Below, in pieces: positions 13,153 to 25,364 of a stretch of 64,000 nucleotides of DNA; positions within the stretch are counted from its first letter, which is position 1; each line of letters opens with the position of its first letter. Below the pieces are notes generated by a model. It ran no database searches and was not told the DNA's origin. It was given only the letters and a program-made list of their open reading frames with translations. This stretch comes from Zootoca vivipara. Taxonomy: Eukaryota. The stretch covers positions 10,788,001 through 10,852,000 of the forward strand of contig NC_083279.1 in the NCBI RefSeq assembly GCF_963506605.1, read 5' to 3'. A program made the position numbers and the translations under genes.

Positions 13153-13751
13153 GAACCTACTATTGGTTTCTCTTGGCTATTTTTATGAACTATGAAAAAC
13201 ATCAAGTCTTTATTATACCCACAAGTATTATATCTACACACACCCCTGTCTTTATCAATCACACATATCTCAAAAAGTTACTCTTCCACATTTCACTTGA
13301 AACGGCCTGAAAATGGGAGGGGAAATATTGCTAAAATGCCAAGTTAGCGAAAAATAGGAATTCTCCAGTATTGTGGGTAATGATACTGCCCGTGCTATGC
13401 ATAAACTGATGACACCAGTCACTGTTGATGAACACACAGGTATGCAGTTCACGGACTCACTCAATTTTTGTAGTGATTTGCCATGTGTTAACTGACCTAC
13501 ATAAAACAATGTTTGTAGAACATTGTAAAAAGTAAAATCTTGTAGAACCAAAGTACTATACACCATAATGAAAGCAATCCTTGGTGCTCCTACAGTACAG
13601 ATTTTAGGACTATGGAATTATTTTAGAATTATTAAAAAGACCCTGAAATGTGATAACTCTCTTTCTGGGTGCTTTCTTTACATATTCAATGCATAAATAA
13701 ATAAAATACACCTGTCTGTTCTTCACAGTGGTATTCTTCAGCAGCCTAGAG

Positions 13752-13887
13752 CAGGCATCCCCAAACTGCAGCCCTCCAGATGTTCTGGCCTACAACTCCC
13801 ATGATCCCTAGCTAACAGGACCAGTGGTCAGGGAAGATGGGAATTGTAGTCCAAAACATCTGGAGGGCCAAAGTTTGGGGGTGCCTG
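13752..13887. mobile_element. 136-bp hAT MITE, family A copy 1
   Basis: TIRs CAGGCATCCCCAAACT / AGTTTGGGGGTGCCTG; perfect 8-bp TSD GCCTAGAG. Confidence 0.95.
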
Positions 13888-14643
13888 GCCTAGAGCAAGG
13901 GGAAGAACAGAGTAGAAGAGGACGAGAGAGAGAAATCAGCTGTAAAATCTGTACAGGGTAGGAACCTGGAACTCTGCATGCTTTGTAAAATTTCAGTGAA
14001 GAGTAAATTACAAATCTCAATCAAATTGATTTACCTTACTTTGTGTGTGTGTGTGTGTGTGTTTTGATTCAACATACAACACACACCTACATTCTGGCTG
14101 GTAGTCCCACCTATTCAAATAAGAAGGAAGCTGTTGCTGGAGAAAAGCTTGAATCAAGAAATATTCCATCCAATCTATAGCATTTTCCCCAAATAGTAGC
14201 ATTTAAGATTGGGAGACGGAGTCTGCTCAAATGCCTCACCAATCTCTAACAAATGGCTGTAAACAGGAATAATTGTTGTTGTTTTGAAGTGAGTATCCTA
14301 CACTATTTGCTACAGAAATGGTTTATGAAGGGAGCCCAACAGTACAGTGTTGCTTCATCCCCCCATCTCCTCTCCTGAACAGGCTGCGAGAAAAACTACC
14401 ATAGTTAGGGATGTAAGAAGGCATTCTTTTCTGTCCCAAGCTCTATTTGCTACAAGTAGCACTGTTTCTCTTCTGCTGCAGTTTGTATTCTGCCAAAAAC
14501 TAAGTCATCAAACTTTATGTACATTATGTTGTCATTATGTTATTCCACCACATTCATTTTTTTCTACTAACTTTATTGAAAATTTTAAAAACAATGACCA
14601 AACACAAAGTGTTGTCTTCCAGTACAAATACATGTACAGATAA

Positions 14644-16342
14644 GGACTTCCAGTCTACCACCATTGCTGACCGGTGGGAGAATCTTGAGCTCCGAGATTC
14701 TCTAGCGCTGTGAGGGGGGGGAAGCCGCAGGAGCGCCACGGACCCCCAAAAGAGCTCCAGATCGAGCGTTCTGGAGACGTGGGGACTCAGCAGCACCTTT
14801 TTCTGTCTCCTCTGCTCCCTGGTAAGCCCTATTAAGGGAGCCGAGAGCGAGCAGAGTGGAGACATGGTACCTTGAGCTAATCTGCTACCCTCGCAACGTG
14901 AAGCTCCAAGCCGGCAGCCTATGGAGCGGTGGATTTTTCCAGATTTGAAAACATTGGACCCCGTGAGTAAAGGAAAAGGCTTTTAAACTTTTTTAATTGA
15001 CAAGATTTGGACACGGGGGGGAGATTAAAAAAGGACGTCAATTTCCCCCATTGAGCGAATTGAGACGCAGTTAACTTGCCCGAAGCCGGGAAGGTGACAG
15101 GAAGTTTTTAATTACCAAAAATCGGACTTAAAACTTTCCCCCTAAGGCAGGGTAAAGGGGAGAAAGGTTGAACTTCGTAAAATCCCTGTAAAGGTTCTTT
15201 AATTTGGTCTGGAGAAAGTCCCCCTGGAAGCTGGAGTCGGGTTCCTGGAGGGATCAGCGAGCCGCCATTATGACATCACAATAGGATGGAATTAGTTTAT
15301 TTCTTTGAGGCTGAAAACTGTCAACATTGAAGAGAGCGTAAAATATAAGGTTGTGAATAAGAAGTTTGACAGCTGCTCTTTTCATAAATGGACATGTGAG
15401 TTTTAAGATATGAAGAAGAATTAAAAATGAGAGTTTGTAACCAGATCGGGCATAATTTCTGTTTCTGAAGTTTGGAAATACGAACTGCGCCATTTCCTGC
15501 TGTAATCTGTGCTGTTCCCACACAATTGGAGACGACCAGGATGTCAGTAGACACAACATCATCTGACTTTTTTGACTTTCAAAAGGAACTTTTGGAATTG
15601 CTTTTGGATTTTAAAAGTGAACTGCATCAGAATGCTATACAGATTGACAAAATAAAACAGAATTGTGCAGAAAGTGAAAAAGGACTAATCCCAACAAAGT
15701 ATGAAAAGAAGCAAGATGAACAATCATCAGCCATGGACAATGTAATTGTATTTAAAGATGATGAAGAAGCTGCATAGAACATTGTTCCCTCAGTGGGGGA
15801 GGGGGTTTAACAGGACTCATGCTTTGATAAAAAGAGCCTTCAAAGAATACCCAGCATGGAATAATGCCCTCCCAGTGAGAGAGGGGGGACAGGACCCACG
15901 CTGGGGCCAGACCTTAAGGGGAACCAAAATTGGGACAGGGCTGAAAAGTGGAAATGTAGTTGGATGGTATTGTGCATCAGCTAGGAAATTGGGGAGGCAG
16001 CAGGGGACGAAGAAGGGAGAGTGGTGGATAGGTGGTGAAAGAGTGGGAGTGGGGTGAGGAGTAATGATGGATGTTATTTGTTTTTTTTGACTGATCAAGA
16101 TGGCCCCAAACTGGAATGACCTATGGAACTGGAACTGGCTGATTCATCTGGGAGACCCTGAGTCTAGGGGTGGGGTGGGGGCTGAATTAGGTTAGGGGAA
16201 TTGAGGGAGTCTACAATGTTGATTAAAATGTTAGAATTGATAAGTTTTTCATTTTTTATGTTTTTATTCTTGTTTTTTCTGAATTTTTGTAATTTGTAAT
16301 GTTTGGAAATCAATAAATATTATATGGAAAACAAACAAACAA
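14644..16342 (+). mobile_element. Complete 1.7-kb non-autonomous L1-like (HAL1-like) retroposon lacking ORF2
   Basis: Perfect 20-bp TSD ACAAATACATGTACAGATAA (14624-14643, 16343-16362). It has a GGACTTCC 5' start, a CpG-rich 5' UTR, one broken ORF, a G-rich then T-rich 3' UTR, AATAAA at 16312 and an A-rich (AAAC)n tail. Confidence 0.85.
15541..16057 (+). pseudogene. Broken single ORF of the L1-like element (coiled-coil-like N-terminus, possibly ORF1-derived)
   Basis: ATG at 15541 gives MSVDTTSSDFFDFQKELLELLLDFKSELHQNAIQIDKIKQ with heptad-like hydrophobic spacing and a stop at 15777. An overlapping frame (15746-16057) continues to ..GERVGVG*. Confidence 0.5.
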
Positions 16343-18614
16343 ACAAATACATGTACAGATAATGTATTACCATAAGTCTTGTATGCAGCCATCCACATTA
16401 ATTTCATTGTTAATGAACACAATGCTTTTGTGTGTGTGCACAATCAGTTATAGATCGTTCATGGACTGAAAGCAACAATCATATACCGATCATATTCACT
16501 GGACTGATTTGAATTCTGGACAGGGAACAATAGGCGAATGCTGGCAATTTATGTTCCTGTTTTTATCCATCAGTGAAATTCTCCAACATCCCTACCTGTA
16601 GCCCCTCATGCTATATTGCTGCTGGTGCTTCCTACTGGTAGACGGGCAAGGCATGCACAAGACTTCACTCATTCCTTCACTCATGCTAACCCCCACACTG
16701 GAAATCATGATCTCAGGGACCACAGCTTTGTAAGAGGTATATATTTATTCCTTTGGCTATTTTGTGCCTACTTATCGGGGTGGGGGAGTAATGTATTCTT
16801 TGTATTGTCAAAACGGCCATGCCTTATCTTGTACTTGATTAATGGGAAACAGCCATATATAACCTAACAGGATCATTCACATTTGCAGTGTGTCCCTGCA
16901 TCTAATACTGCATTGTCATTGAGTGAGAGCCTTTGACCTTTCAGCTCAGAATACTGACGCACAGATAGGCAAACAACAGTTTCTCAACTGCAGCTTCCTT
17001 TAGCTCTACCACCTGGAAAATGATTTTTTGCTCCACGGAGTTGTTGAAGAGGATGAACAAAACAATTTCTTGTTGTTGCTTTTTCCACAAATCAGCAGAG
17101 AACAAGAACAGTGCAGTGATTAAATAGATTGTTTAATGATCACTTTCACTGCTGTGTTTGTATCTGTTCCAATGACAGCACTGTTTAGTTCCTTCAAAAC
17201 ACAAAAATTCAACACTTCCATTTAATGATGCTAGATTTTTTCAAAGAAACCATTTTTAAGGGAGTTGCTATGCTGAAGACAATGAAGGCACTTTAAAAAA
17301 CCACCCAAATATTATGAACTATATTTGTCATCTCTCGTAAGTGTGTAACCCAGCTTCTCAAAAGGGCACTCACAGTATGGCTATCCTTTAGGCTTTCTCT
17401 GGCCTTTTCAGCTCACTGTTGGTCTGTTTATTTATTAAAAAAAAAACACACACAGCAGACAAGCTGTATCATTTGCTTTAAATCAGAACATAACTTAGTC
17501 TATGTGATAACAATTTTATCTTCCACAATGTACAGAAAGATGTAAAGTTGAACACATTAGCTACATTATTTTATGTTTCAATGGGGGAAAGGGCACATGA
17601 AATTAAATACTGGCAATTTGCTAACTTTGTATTTTAAGTTTTGAGACAATGCAAGAAAATAACGTTGTCGCAGAATGCACGCAATAAGAAATTAAACAAC
17701 AAAAATGAACATCTGTTCCAGGATGAGAAATGCATATTCACAGAGGTACTTAAATAGTTCCATATGGAACCTTAATATTGTTTAATTGCATTTTTGGACA
17801 ATGCGGGTAGCATATTAACAATTACTGCTACCAATAGAAAATTATAAATAAGCCTCTAGCTACAAGGAACAGGAGGAATGGAGAATTAGCCTCTCCTTGT
17901 CTTTGTTGTACAAAAACAAACAAACGTAAGAGCATTCCACTTACACTAAAGGCTTTCATCCTAACCAAACTTGTTAATTACACAGTTGTGAAAAATGGGA
18001 GGAAAATGTTTCTTAGACTGCTGATTTACGATTGATTATCAATAACCCCCAGTTTTAAGATGAACATGTGTTACAGCCTTGAAATCTGCTTGTGTAGGAA
18101 CCATCACTCATGTTGCTCAGAATTGAGGGTCTCCACACAACTGCATTGTTTATAGATGTAAAACATGTTCACTTTCAAATTGACCATAGAATTAAGAGTT
18201 GTTGATTCTCCCATTTACTGCACACCCTAGAAGATTTTTTTTAAAAAAATTCTATTTATATGCAGATTTCTATCCTGCCCACCTAGAGTCTCATATTGTT
18301 ATTCATATCACATGCAGATCATGGAAAAATCTGTACTTTTGCCACACGTGGAGAGTGAAAAGCTTAAAAGCTTCTTACTGTGTATATAGCCTGACATGTT
18401 TGAGACTTACAACAACAGATGTCAGGAACATGCAGTACCCACAGGGGGTGGAATGCACCTAGGAGCTCTTAAATGTTAACCTCCTACCGTGCAGTGTCAA
18501 CATAAGTAAGATATTCTGGCAGCTTGCACATGAAGTAACATTTAAACTGGTCCTTGTAAATAAGATTACTGCAATGAGTTGGATTTGAATTTACCAAATC
18601 AAAGCATTCAAAAA

Positions 18615-18757
18615 GTTCCGAGTTCAATGCCTGGCATCTACAGGTAGTGCTGGGAATGTCCTCTGCCTGAAACCCTGGAGGGCCGCTACTGTCAGTCAAC
18701 ATGGAGAATACTGAGTGAGATGGACCAATGGTCTAACCTGGAATAAGGCAACTGTCT
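18615..18757 (+). mobile_element. Old tRNA-derived SINE with CR1-type tail
   Basis: B-box-like GAGTTCAATGCC; body cctgaaaccctggag..gagatggaccaatggtct..ataaggca. A similar degraded copy lies near 45970-46105. Confidence 0.6.
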
Positions 18758-20209
18758 AGGTCCCTGACTTCACATTATAATCAGTATTTGTGGTCTTTAT
18801 GGTTCTTAGGCCCTGAAAATTGTCAGTGAAAGTACAATTACTTCTTTTTAAAAGTATGTAATGAAAACAATTTATTGTGGAGAATGGTGGTGAACAAGAT
18901 TTGATGGAGGATTGAGTTTGACAGTGTGGCAGAGTTTTACCCCTCACCTGGTTAGTTGCATTGCTGGTACTTACCATGAGGTACAGGGGGAGAGGTGTTG
19001 CAAAGATTGGCATGGTGCAAATACACTGGCAGGAGCACAGGACTGGCAGTTGCACTGTGCCAACATCACCGTATCCCCCTCTACCTACCTCCCAGTAAGC
19101 AGCAACAATGTTACTGACAAGCCACACCACCTCCTACTGCTTGATTGTATAGGCTTGCTGCCTATAAATGACGATAGGCATTTGTTTTTAACTTTGTGAG
19201 CTGAAGCTTGATTTTATTTACTGTTATTTTGGTACACAGTTATGTATGATATTGGAGGAGTGTTTTGCCCCTTTTATGACTATGACCTAATGTTTTGTGC
19301 TTCACATATTGCATTTTTATCAAATAGCAAGAAATTGCTATCATGAATCCATACTGAGAAATAATATTGCCCCAAAGTCTGAAGTAATGGATGATAAGCT
19401 ATGCGACAGAAAAATAATGCCCAATAAAATGTTTATAAAAAAAGGAAAACATCCTATAGGCTAGAAGTGAAATATGCCATAGATCTCTAATCTTAAATGC
19501 TGCCAGATGACTTTAGCTGTGCTAGGGCAAGATTCTGCCTGAACTCCCCTCACTCAACTACTGTAGTTTTCTTTAACTTGGCTGTTTGTCAACACTCACA
19601 TATGAATCTTGACATTTCAACAAGTTTATGTCTATTACACACACACACACACAGCCATTCCTTTTGGTGCTTGCAGGAAAATGCGAACAGGATTGGGTGC
19701 TTTTGCCTCATAAGCACCCAGTGCACCACTTGGGAAAGGTATGTAGAGGTGACCTCAGGAGGCACACAGGGCCAGACAGGATTGGGGACATTGTTATATT
19801 CGGGTTTGTTTGTTTTTCAATCAGAACTCACAGGAAGTTCCAGCACCTTTCAGCTGGGTTCCAGCACCCCTCAAGTGGGCACCATTGCCATTCTAAGAGA
19901 ACAAGGGAGGTGTTCGTGGTGAGTTCTGGCACCTCTTTTTCTAGAAAAATATATTTAACAGCTGATCTTGAATGTCACTAAAACCACTGCTAAAATTACA
20001 TGTATATCATTTACGTCTGTAAGCTGAACAAGTACTGTAATACCAAACAATTTCTTTCTTTAAAAAATAGAAATTATGGATGCAGTCCTTGAGAAAGCAT
20101 CATAGGAATAGATTCAAATCGTTACCCATTCATTATGAAAATAGTTAATTTCTACATACAACACTAAATATTTTCACATATTGCATGGTAAAACATAGTT
20201 GTATAGTTA

Positions 20210-20379
20210 CAGGCAACAACTGATTTATGTGCATCCAACTAACGTGCGACTGTGCATGTGTGCATCATGCAACCCGGAAGTGGCCAGCAAATGGGGTGGA
20301 ACAGGATGGGCTTATGCAGGTTCTGCTGTCTCGCACAATGACCCAGAATGCAACCCCCACACAAATTGGGGGTTGCTTG
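20210..20379. mobile_element. Degenerate Tc1/mariner-type (Tigger-like) MITE
   Basis: TA-CAGGCAAC...GTTGCTTG-TA; imperfect ~22-bp TIRs flanked by TA. Confidence 0.55.
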
Positions 20380-20589
20380 TACTTCACTGGAGGTGTTTAT
20401 GTCATGGTTACTTCACTGGAGACGTTTGGGAACTGGAAGAGCTAGTGCTGTACTGTTTTTATTCTTTTAAAACTTCAAACAGATTTTATATATGTATATA
20501 GTTTACTTCTATCAATGTTTAATTGTTTTTAAATGATTGTATCTTCTATATTTTTAGGGATTCTTGTTTTTATATGAAAGCTGCCTTGA

Positions 20590-21311
20590 GTCAGCACCAA
20601 TCGAGCAACTGAAACCACCAAGGCGGCCATTACCAGACAACCCACAGAGTCAGGCCGGGGCGAAGGAATGGAGATACAGGGTGGAGGCCTCGGCTCACAT
20701 TTAAATACTAGCCCAAGCCAAGGCCGACAGACTACGCCTCGCCTCTACTTTAAAGCCTACAAACTAGGCCTCGGCTCTACTTTACAGCCCATAGACTAGG
20801 CCTCAGCTCTAATTTACAGCCTACACACTAGGCCTCGCCTCTACTTTACAGCCCACAGGCTAGGCCTTGGCTCTACTTCACAGACTAGGCCTCGCCTCTA
20901 CTTTACAGCCTACAGACTAGGCCTCGGTTCCACTTTACAGGCTAGGCCTCAGCTCTACAGCCCTTTAAATACTATCCCGAGGGGAGCCCTGGGTGGGGGG
21001 GAGGGGCCCAAATAGGTCATGGGCTGACGTAGGGTGGGGGGAGCCGCAGGGTGGGGGACGGGATACCTCATGGGTCACTACAGGATGGGAGTAATCACAG
21101 GGATGAGAGACAACCACCGGGGGGGGGGAGGAAACAACACAGTCCAGGGGGAAACGGACACATCCTCCCCCTTTCCTGGGAAACAAGGACCCTGAGTCAG
21201 GCACAGCAATGCGTCATGGATCGTCACACGGTGGGGGCAGCCACAGGGATAACCCACAGCAACCCGTGGGAGGGTCAATTAGTAAATAATAAATTATTAT
21301 TATTATTATTA
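20590..21311 (+). mobile_element. Composite retroposon-like element: GC-rich leader, 32-bp VNTR, G-rich tract, terminal hairpin and (TTA)n tail
   Basis: A sharp GC/CpG-rich island in AT-rich flanks ending in AAATAATAAATTATTATTATT, like the L2 tail at ~4930. No TSD found; 5' boundary approximate. Confidence 0.65.
20729..20963 (+). repeat. Minisatellite, 8 units, consensus AGACTAGGCCTCGCCTCTACTTTACAGCCTAC (32 bp; three units are 25 bp)
   Basis: Units start at 20729, 20761, 20793, 20825, 20857, 20882, 20914 and 20939. Confidence 0.95.
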
Positions 21312-23493
21312 CAATGTAATTCCATGATGATCAATCTGTGGCCCTCCATATGTTGCTGGATTACAACTTCCATCATTCTGACCATCGGTTGGAATTCAAC
21401 AACATATGGAGGGCCACAGGTGCTCCATACTTGATTTAGTCAGTCAAAATTGGGGTAGATACATTTGATTTTTTTTATAATAACATTAATGCAATGTATA
21501 GAACTAGTGTGTGTCAACTGCTCCCCTTAAACATAAGTGAGAGTGACCAAAAAGAAGTGCTTTTCCTTTTCCAGGGTCAGTAGCAGAGTCATTGGCCACC
21601 ACTTCTGCAGAGTTATGGGCCCGGGGTTTTGTTAACTAGTGTATTGTACCATATCCCAAGATAACAACAATTAGAGTAACGTGTTGAGATGTAAACTTAT
21701 TACATCTTAGTATTTACACCTTAAGTCTCACTATTTTTCCTGCTCCAAGGTATAAAAGTATCTAAAAACTATTTTCAACCTGAAACTTCACACCTTATAT
21801 GTTAGCAAGTTTCCATGCCAAGGCTTTACTTTCATTTATGTATAATTTAGCTTTATTTCAGGACCTTTTCTGTGAAATGTAACTGATTTACCAATTACCC
21901 ACATGGCTCTCAGTGATTTCTACTGCTGGAAATGTGAAATTAATCATTTCTACATTTCTGGAACTTCCGCTGGGATAAATATGTTGTTAAATTGCATTAA
22001 AAACAACTAATTTCCTCCATCAAATAGAAGCAAACATAGTAATAAGAAAGGGGGGGACAGCATTTCTACTCATATATTTTCCCTCAGGAAGAAGTGCCAC
22101 AAAAACAAACATTTCATAGGATTTGTGAGGGCATGCAGACACAGAAACAGAGACATAATTTGTGTAATTCTTTTTGCACTCACAGCAAGACAAATTGCCT
22201 TGTTTTGAACACCAAGGCTGATGAAAATTGCACAATAGGGTACAAAATTGCCATTGCGACAGGCTGAGTTTGTATATAGTAAATACGATCTTGATGATCT
22301 AAGAGTGATTTTACTGCATTTTGAACAATTACAGGATGTATTTATGTTCTGTCTTCAAAATTACACACATTCATGAACTTTTCATGTACTTTGACTATTT
22401 ACACTGATCATCTTTACATTTCTTATATTTGAGATGGATGAGTACATGCAAACTTTCTATCTAGAGCATTAGCAAGAATCCAGATTTATAACCCATTGCC
22501 ATTTTAGCATGAGAAACTGTGGTATCTAGCATGAATGGCACTGGGAAGATGTGGCCTTTACAAAGAATGAACTAATATTTAAATAACTAAGGAAGAAAGT
22601 TCTGAAAAACAAATCTAGAAATGATCGAAGGTTGACTTATATACATGATACTGAGGAGGAGGTAAGGTCTGAGCATAAACCACTTTATCTTCTCAAGTAA
22701 GGCTGCAGTTATGGCAGAGGCGGAAGATTCTGAGCCGAACTCAACAGTAAGAAAGCACGAGGGTTTGAATGATAAGAGAGGAAGGGGGTAGTTAATGACA
22801 ACACATAACATTTCTAGAGTAGCTATGGGTTTGCCTATAACTCCATCTGTAGCTAACATTTTTATGGGTGCCTTTGAAAAAAACACATATTTTGAATAAT
22901 AATCCTTTTGCTAAGTCGTTGTTGTTTTATTGTAGATTCATTGATGACTTGTTTTTCTTGTTTGAGAATTAGAATGAATTTATTCACTTTACTGACTGGT
23001 TAAATTCTTCCTTATCTTTTTTCTGGACATCATAGCACCGTATCATGTGTGTTTTTGGATGTAGAGGTCTTCAAACATAAAGGATACTTAGTTGTTAGGC
23101 CCCATAAAAAACCTACAGACTTCTCCATTATTCCTCATTTCACCGCAGACGTCTTAAAGACAACTTACCTTACGGTTTATTTTTACGTCTGAAGAGGAAT
23201 TCCTCATGCCATGGGGACTTTTGCAAAAATGCTGAGTCATTAGCTGCCTCACTACATGCGAGCCAGAACCAAGTCTGTTGTGAGGGATCGTTCCACTCTT
23301 TTACATTGGTCCGACTCACCCAATATACTCGGCAGAATCACAGGCTCGCTGGAGTACTCATCTTACACTGACAGAATTATTAGATTGATACGGAAGCACT
23401 GGCACATGCTTTGGAACGTGCAAGGATGCTCGTAATTTCCTTTGCTGGGACTCAAACATACTAATTGCTTTAAGGACCTATTGGTACATACTG

Positions 23494-23973
23494 ATGTTAA
23501 CATCCAACCGTATTTTTTCTGGTCCTGTGGGACATTTTAGATGTGGCAGGTGTCCCTCTTGCCCACTGGCCTTACAAGCTAAGGTGATTTACAATGAAAA
23601 TACAAAATTTAAGTTTGTTATCAACCACTTTAGTACATGCCAAACGAAAGAGGTGGTGTATTTAATTAGGTGCCCGTGCAATTTATTTTATATAGGGTCG
23701 ACCACTCGGTCGGTGGGCACACGTGTAGGTGAACACTGGTCCCGCATTATAAATGCGGTTCTGGGAGCACCCCTTGTTGAACATTTTCTATTTAACAATC
23801 ACTCAGACTCAGATTTGCTCTTTACAGTTCTGTGGATTAATAGGAGAAATGCAAACACTAGATGTGACTACATAAAACGGTTAAGACAAAAAGAATCACA
23901 ATTTATTTTCACATTCAAGACGCTCCATCCTGGAGGGTTGAACTCTGAGTTAGATCTGAATTGTTTCATTTAA
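23494..23973 (+). pseudogene. Penelope GIY-YIG endonuclease domain (open 159-aa frame; upstream RT disrupted)
   Basis: VVY-x9-YIG motif, conserved Arg/Glu, C-terminal GLN and upstream Cys cluster. Confidence 0.88.
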
Positions 23974-24246
23974 TTGTATAATTCAATTGTACTGTTATGC
24001 TTCTTTAATTTTGTCATGTATCAGAGGGTGTATATTCCCTGCTTGAGGTATATTCCCTGCTTGAGGTAGCAGTGGTTACATAAGTATATGACCACAGCTC
24101 CGTAGAAGGTGTATGTACATTGAGGTATGCTATCATTATCATTTCTTTCAATGTTAATTTGAATGTTTTGGACTATTTAGACTCTTGTTCATGGCCTTGA
24201 TATAATTATATTCTTTGTCATTCTATATATCCTTTGTAGTTGTATA

Positions 24247-24292
24247 CTGAAGAAGACTACGTCGAAACAGTGCGATTATCCGGATGACTGTC
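24247..24292 (+). ncRNA. Hammerhead ribozyme core in Penelope pLTR (probably degenerate)
   Basis: CTGAAGA; stem II GAC-TAC-GTC; GAAA; stem III ACAGT/ACTGT; GTC cleavage triplet. No convincing stem I. Confidence 0.55.
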
Positions 24293-25364
24293 TCACCGGA
24301 TGAATTTAGTTACATAGATTGTACAGCTGACTATTGCTCCGCTGCAGTTTATAAAGACATATATTTTGCCCTTTACTCATCAGTCTACGTGTTGCCTCTT
24401 TTGGATCAGGTTTGAAGTCTGCAACACAGGGGTTCATTTATCAGAAAAGATCTGGCAGGGGTACAACAGACTGCTGTTTCCAAAATGGGACTATTTGTTT
24501 TTAATACAGTGTAATATACAATCACAATTGATATTTGTTCTCTTCCTTAAATGTTAATAGTATACAAATTCATCCTGGGGAGAGATGGTGCTGAAAAGCC
24601 AGGTCTTTTATATTATAGCCACATATCAGTGTACAAATCCCCCAATATCCATTAAGTGACAGCCAGCAATTCATAGAGCAAACCCACTGAAATCGGTGAA
24701 CTTCCTTATTTATGAGATGCTTTTTTCATGAACAGTGACCCAAAGCAACTTAAAAGGCATACAAACATTAAAAATGAGATTTTCACTTATTTCAATGGGT
24801 GTACTCTGAATATTACTTAGTTGGCTGTCTTCCATGGTCCTTATCAACAATTTAAAAAATAAAAATATAACTACACCCCATTTATTGGTGTAGCAATTAA
24901 AAGGAAGAAGAACCTAACAGGTAAGGCACAGTGCTGATGATGTATGGCATAGACTCCTATTAAAAGTTTTAAACTGCATATCATTTTTATTTTTAATGTT
25001 TCACTAAATGAGACTCTTTTTCTGAAAAGTAAATTAAGCTGGGACTCCAGCTTGGTGGGAGCTGAATAGGACGGTAAATTGATTTCTAAGCCTACTGTAA
25101 GAAAAGCCACATTGGCAGGAAGAACTAATCACTGAATGTTTAAAATTAAATACAGAATGCTAGCATTCTACAATCAAATTACCAGCTATAATTATAACCC
25201 TCCATACACAATAGTGAATATATCACTGAGTATTCCCTGGTTATCAGCAATTCCAACTCCACAATTTATGCTGAGCTCATAAGTTGGTTCTAAACAATAG
25301 TGCACTCAATCCATCCCCTAAACCAAAGTCCAATCTAAGACCATCACAAAAAGTTAACTTTTGA

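Larger units (their letters stand above)
22590..24400 (+). mobile_element. Decayed Penelope-like element (Neptune-type): partial RT, Zn-linker, GIY-YIG endonuclease, pLTR with hammerhead core
   Basis: RT motifs VAMGLPITPSVANIFM (~22820), YCRFIDDLF (~22928) and FLDV (~23052). ORF 23494-23973 has CGRCPSC, VVYLIRCPCNLFYIGST, R..EH and ..LHPGGLN. Boundaries approximate. Confidence 0.9.

Noticed and set aside
19497-19981. Overlapping 141-aa and 117-aa ORFs with plus-strand splice-like sites
   Set aside because: They include a (CA)n tract and a repeat-like segment (19820-19950); no protein similarity recognised.
20729-20963. CRISPR-like array of ~32-bp repeats
   Set aside because: The units are head-to-tail with no unique spacers, there are no cas genes, and the context is vertebrate; it is a minisatellite.
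21325-21430. Additional family A-like MITE copies (also ~26440-26575, 41960-42030, 57450-57550)
   Set aside because: They are clearly related old relics, but TIRs and TSDs are too decayed to delimit, so they are not listed as features.
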